Of a stretch of DNA of 64,000 nucleotides, positions 57,588-64,000 are shown piece after piece. Each line of letters opens with the position of its first letter. Position 1 is the stretch's first letter. The notes under the pieces were generated by a model, which was not told where the DNA came from, did not search any database, and saw nothing but the letters and a program-made list of their open reading frames with translations. Origin of the DNA: Eledone cirrhosa. Taxonomy: Eukaryota. Position numbers and translations under genes: made by a program. The stretch lies in assembly GCA_964016885.1 (NCBI GenBank), contig CAXHJY010001643.1, forward strand, positions 1-64,000. Direction: 5' to 3'.

Positions 57588-57830
57588 AGTAATAATAATA
57601 AATTTGAAGACTAAAATCCAAAGAGGGCTCGATAAGGATAAATATATATCAAGTATATAAGAACCGTAGAGCAAATATTTTTATTAAAATAACAGATTAA
57701 AGTTTAAGCAAAGAATCGCTGCTTTCACCCTTAACGGGATCTTCTGAAACTAACAAAGTCAATCTGTAAACGCAGAAGTGGATATTTCAAAAAACGTTGC
57801 AACCGGAGGAAGACAGGAAGACGATACTTA
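57588..57830 (-). mobile_element. Family C cassette with variant-core hammerhead (57701-57751)
   Basis: Minus strand: AGTTT-CAGAAGA-TCCC(gttaa)GGGT-GAA-AGCA...TGCT-T^AAACT. TA flanks. Confidence 0.6.
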
Positions 57831-58209
57831 TATATATATATACTTTGATAAAAAACTTTGACCGGAAGAACCCACGCCAATCGTGGATAGCAAACATCCT
57901 AAATTTCTCATTTTAAACCACAAAACAATATTTTGAAATCTCCTGTTATCCATTCCACTATGCCTTCCGTCCCCCATGTTCATCTCCTCGCCTCTCATAA
58001 CCATCTCCTTCTTTCCTTCTCCTCTATCTCTTTTCCTCCGCCATCCCCATCTACTACATATTAACACCATCGTCTTCTTCCCCATCTTCTTCTTCCCATC
58101 CATCTCTCTTCTATCGACCTTTCCCCTAAATTACTCCCACTTATTCTCATCTCAAAGAAATTTTAAATTCCGTACGAAACTTAACAATTTCGTCTGATTT
58201 ACGTGGTTA

Positions 58210-58257
58210 TTTCATATGAACGAAACAGGTCTAGTCCTGTAGAAATCATTTCTATAT
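58210..58257 (+). mobile_element. Family A cassette fragment (3' half of hammerhead)
   Basis: TTTCATATGAACGAAACAGGTCTAGTCCTGTAGAAATCATTTCTATA. Confidence 0.45.
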
Positions 58258-58433
58258 GATATATAATCCTTGATATTGGATTATATCAACACGTATACGC
58301 ACACACGTAACCTTATCCACACACGAAAACAAATATATCATAACTCATACACAGTTATATGGTCATACAAACATACCTATATATACATTCATACACGCCT
58401 ACATACACACACTAACACATAAATATGCACGTA

Positions 58434-58526
<93 letters not shown>

Positions 58527-59091
58527 CACACATTAAGGCCTAAAGTACCAGTAAAAATCTAGATGATATAATGAAGTAATACATTTATTATTTTCAATTT
58601 GTTGAAGTAAACGTCAGACACTGAGAGAAGAGAAATGTCTTGACAACATCTCTGAGCGCCATCTTTGTTTTTGGAAAGACGGTAATGTACAGTAATTTAT
58701 ATGATCTCAATGGCTGCAGTGTGGCGATAATAGGTGATTTCAGGGAAAATGGCTTTTAGCAATAGAAGTTATTTTAGCTTTTTTTGGTTCTACTTTTCTT
58801 TCGAGTTTCATCTTTTTGTCCTTATTTGGAAATGTCTATATCACCTTTACGCAAGGGACGTATACATACGCACACACACACATGTACACACACACACACA
58901 CAAATACACGCACACACACACATATATACATGTATATATATATACGCACATAAGGATACATACATGCATAAATATATACACACATATATACATATATATA
59001 TGTATGTGTTTATGTATATATATACATAAATATATATATACATGTATATAGATACACTCACAATCACATACGCATACACTCACACAGACAG

Positions 59092-59123
<32 letters not shown>

Positions 59124-59237
59124 GTGTGTCAATTTATTCATGCTGTTCACACTACAGACACCTCAACTCTGGAATACAATGGTACAAGAGACAGATCTTG
59201 TGGCAGCGTCGAGTTCTTGAACGGCCTACCGACTATA

Positions 59238-59609
59238 ACTCTAATTATCTATCTATCTAGGGCGGGTAAAATTCCCGAGATTCATTGACGAGTTCTCTCC
59301 AGCCTTCTCTGTCCCTCATTATCGCTGCCATGTCCTGCGTCTCCAACAGACCAGTGTCTGTCCCTAGGGCATCAACATACGTTAACCTTGATTTTCCTCT
59401 TCATTGCTGTAGTGGAGTCTGTGCTGCTGTATGGGTCTGAGACTTCGACACTGAGCAAGAAACTCACTCAGATGTTGGATGGGTGCTACACGAGAATGCT
59501 GAGGATGGCTCTGAACATTAATCAATATACACTGAGGATGAAAAACTTAGAGCTGTATGGGAGCCTCCCAAATGTCAGCTCAAAAGTGACACAGAGTGAC
59601 TCTAGTTAT
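59238..59609. mobile_element. 5'-truncated, 5'-inverted RTE-like LINE
   Basis: Plus 59391-59598 encodes LFIAVVESVLLYGSET..L.......LDGCYTRMLR (post-RT domain). Minus 59257-59390 encodes RLTYVDAL..DTG......IMRDREGWRELV..* with a (TAGA)n tail. Putative TSD ACTCTA(A/G)TTAT. Confidence 0.8.
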
Positions 59610-59689
59610 ATATATAAATTTATATATATATATGTGTTATATATGTGCGTGCGTGTATTTACATGAAAACATATAACCACCCACCAACA

Positions 59690-64000
<4,311 letters not shown>

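Overview
AT-rich, intron-containing animal DNA dominated by (TA)n/(CA)n microsatellites. The repeat complement resembles an octopus (cephalopod) genome; this is inference from recalled SINE families. One protein-coding gene is well supported: a 4-exon testis-specific Ser/Thr kinase (TSSK family, 306 aa, minus strand, 19299-26408) with a perfect CRE about 340 bp upstream of its ATG. The rest consists of about 25 tRNA-derived SINE copies (several families), MITE-like DNA elements, a twin-primed RTE-type LINE fragment and simple repeats. Almost all ORFs in the supplied track are microsatellite artefacts. The most striking unexplained structure is a set of short (100-450 bp) cassettes sitting inside TA microsatellites, densest at 32.4-37.6 kb. 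They belong to at least six sequence families, and most fold into type I hammerhead ribozymes (stem I-CUGANGA-stem II-GAAA-stem III-NUH), several with palindromic stem III. Many are fold-back palindromes and share a GAGTRC motif near the 3' end. This is consistent with microsatellite-targeting Penelope-like, ribozyme-carrying non-autonomous retroelements, including variant catalytic cores. All folds were read by eye and are untested.
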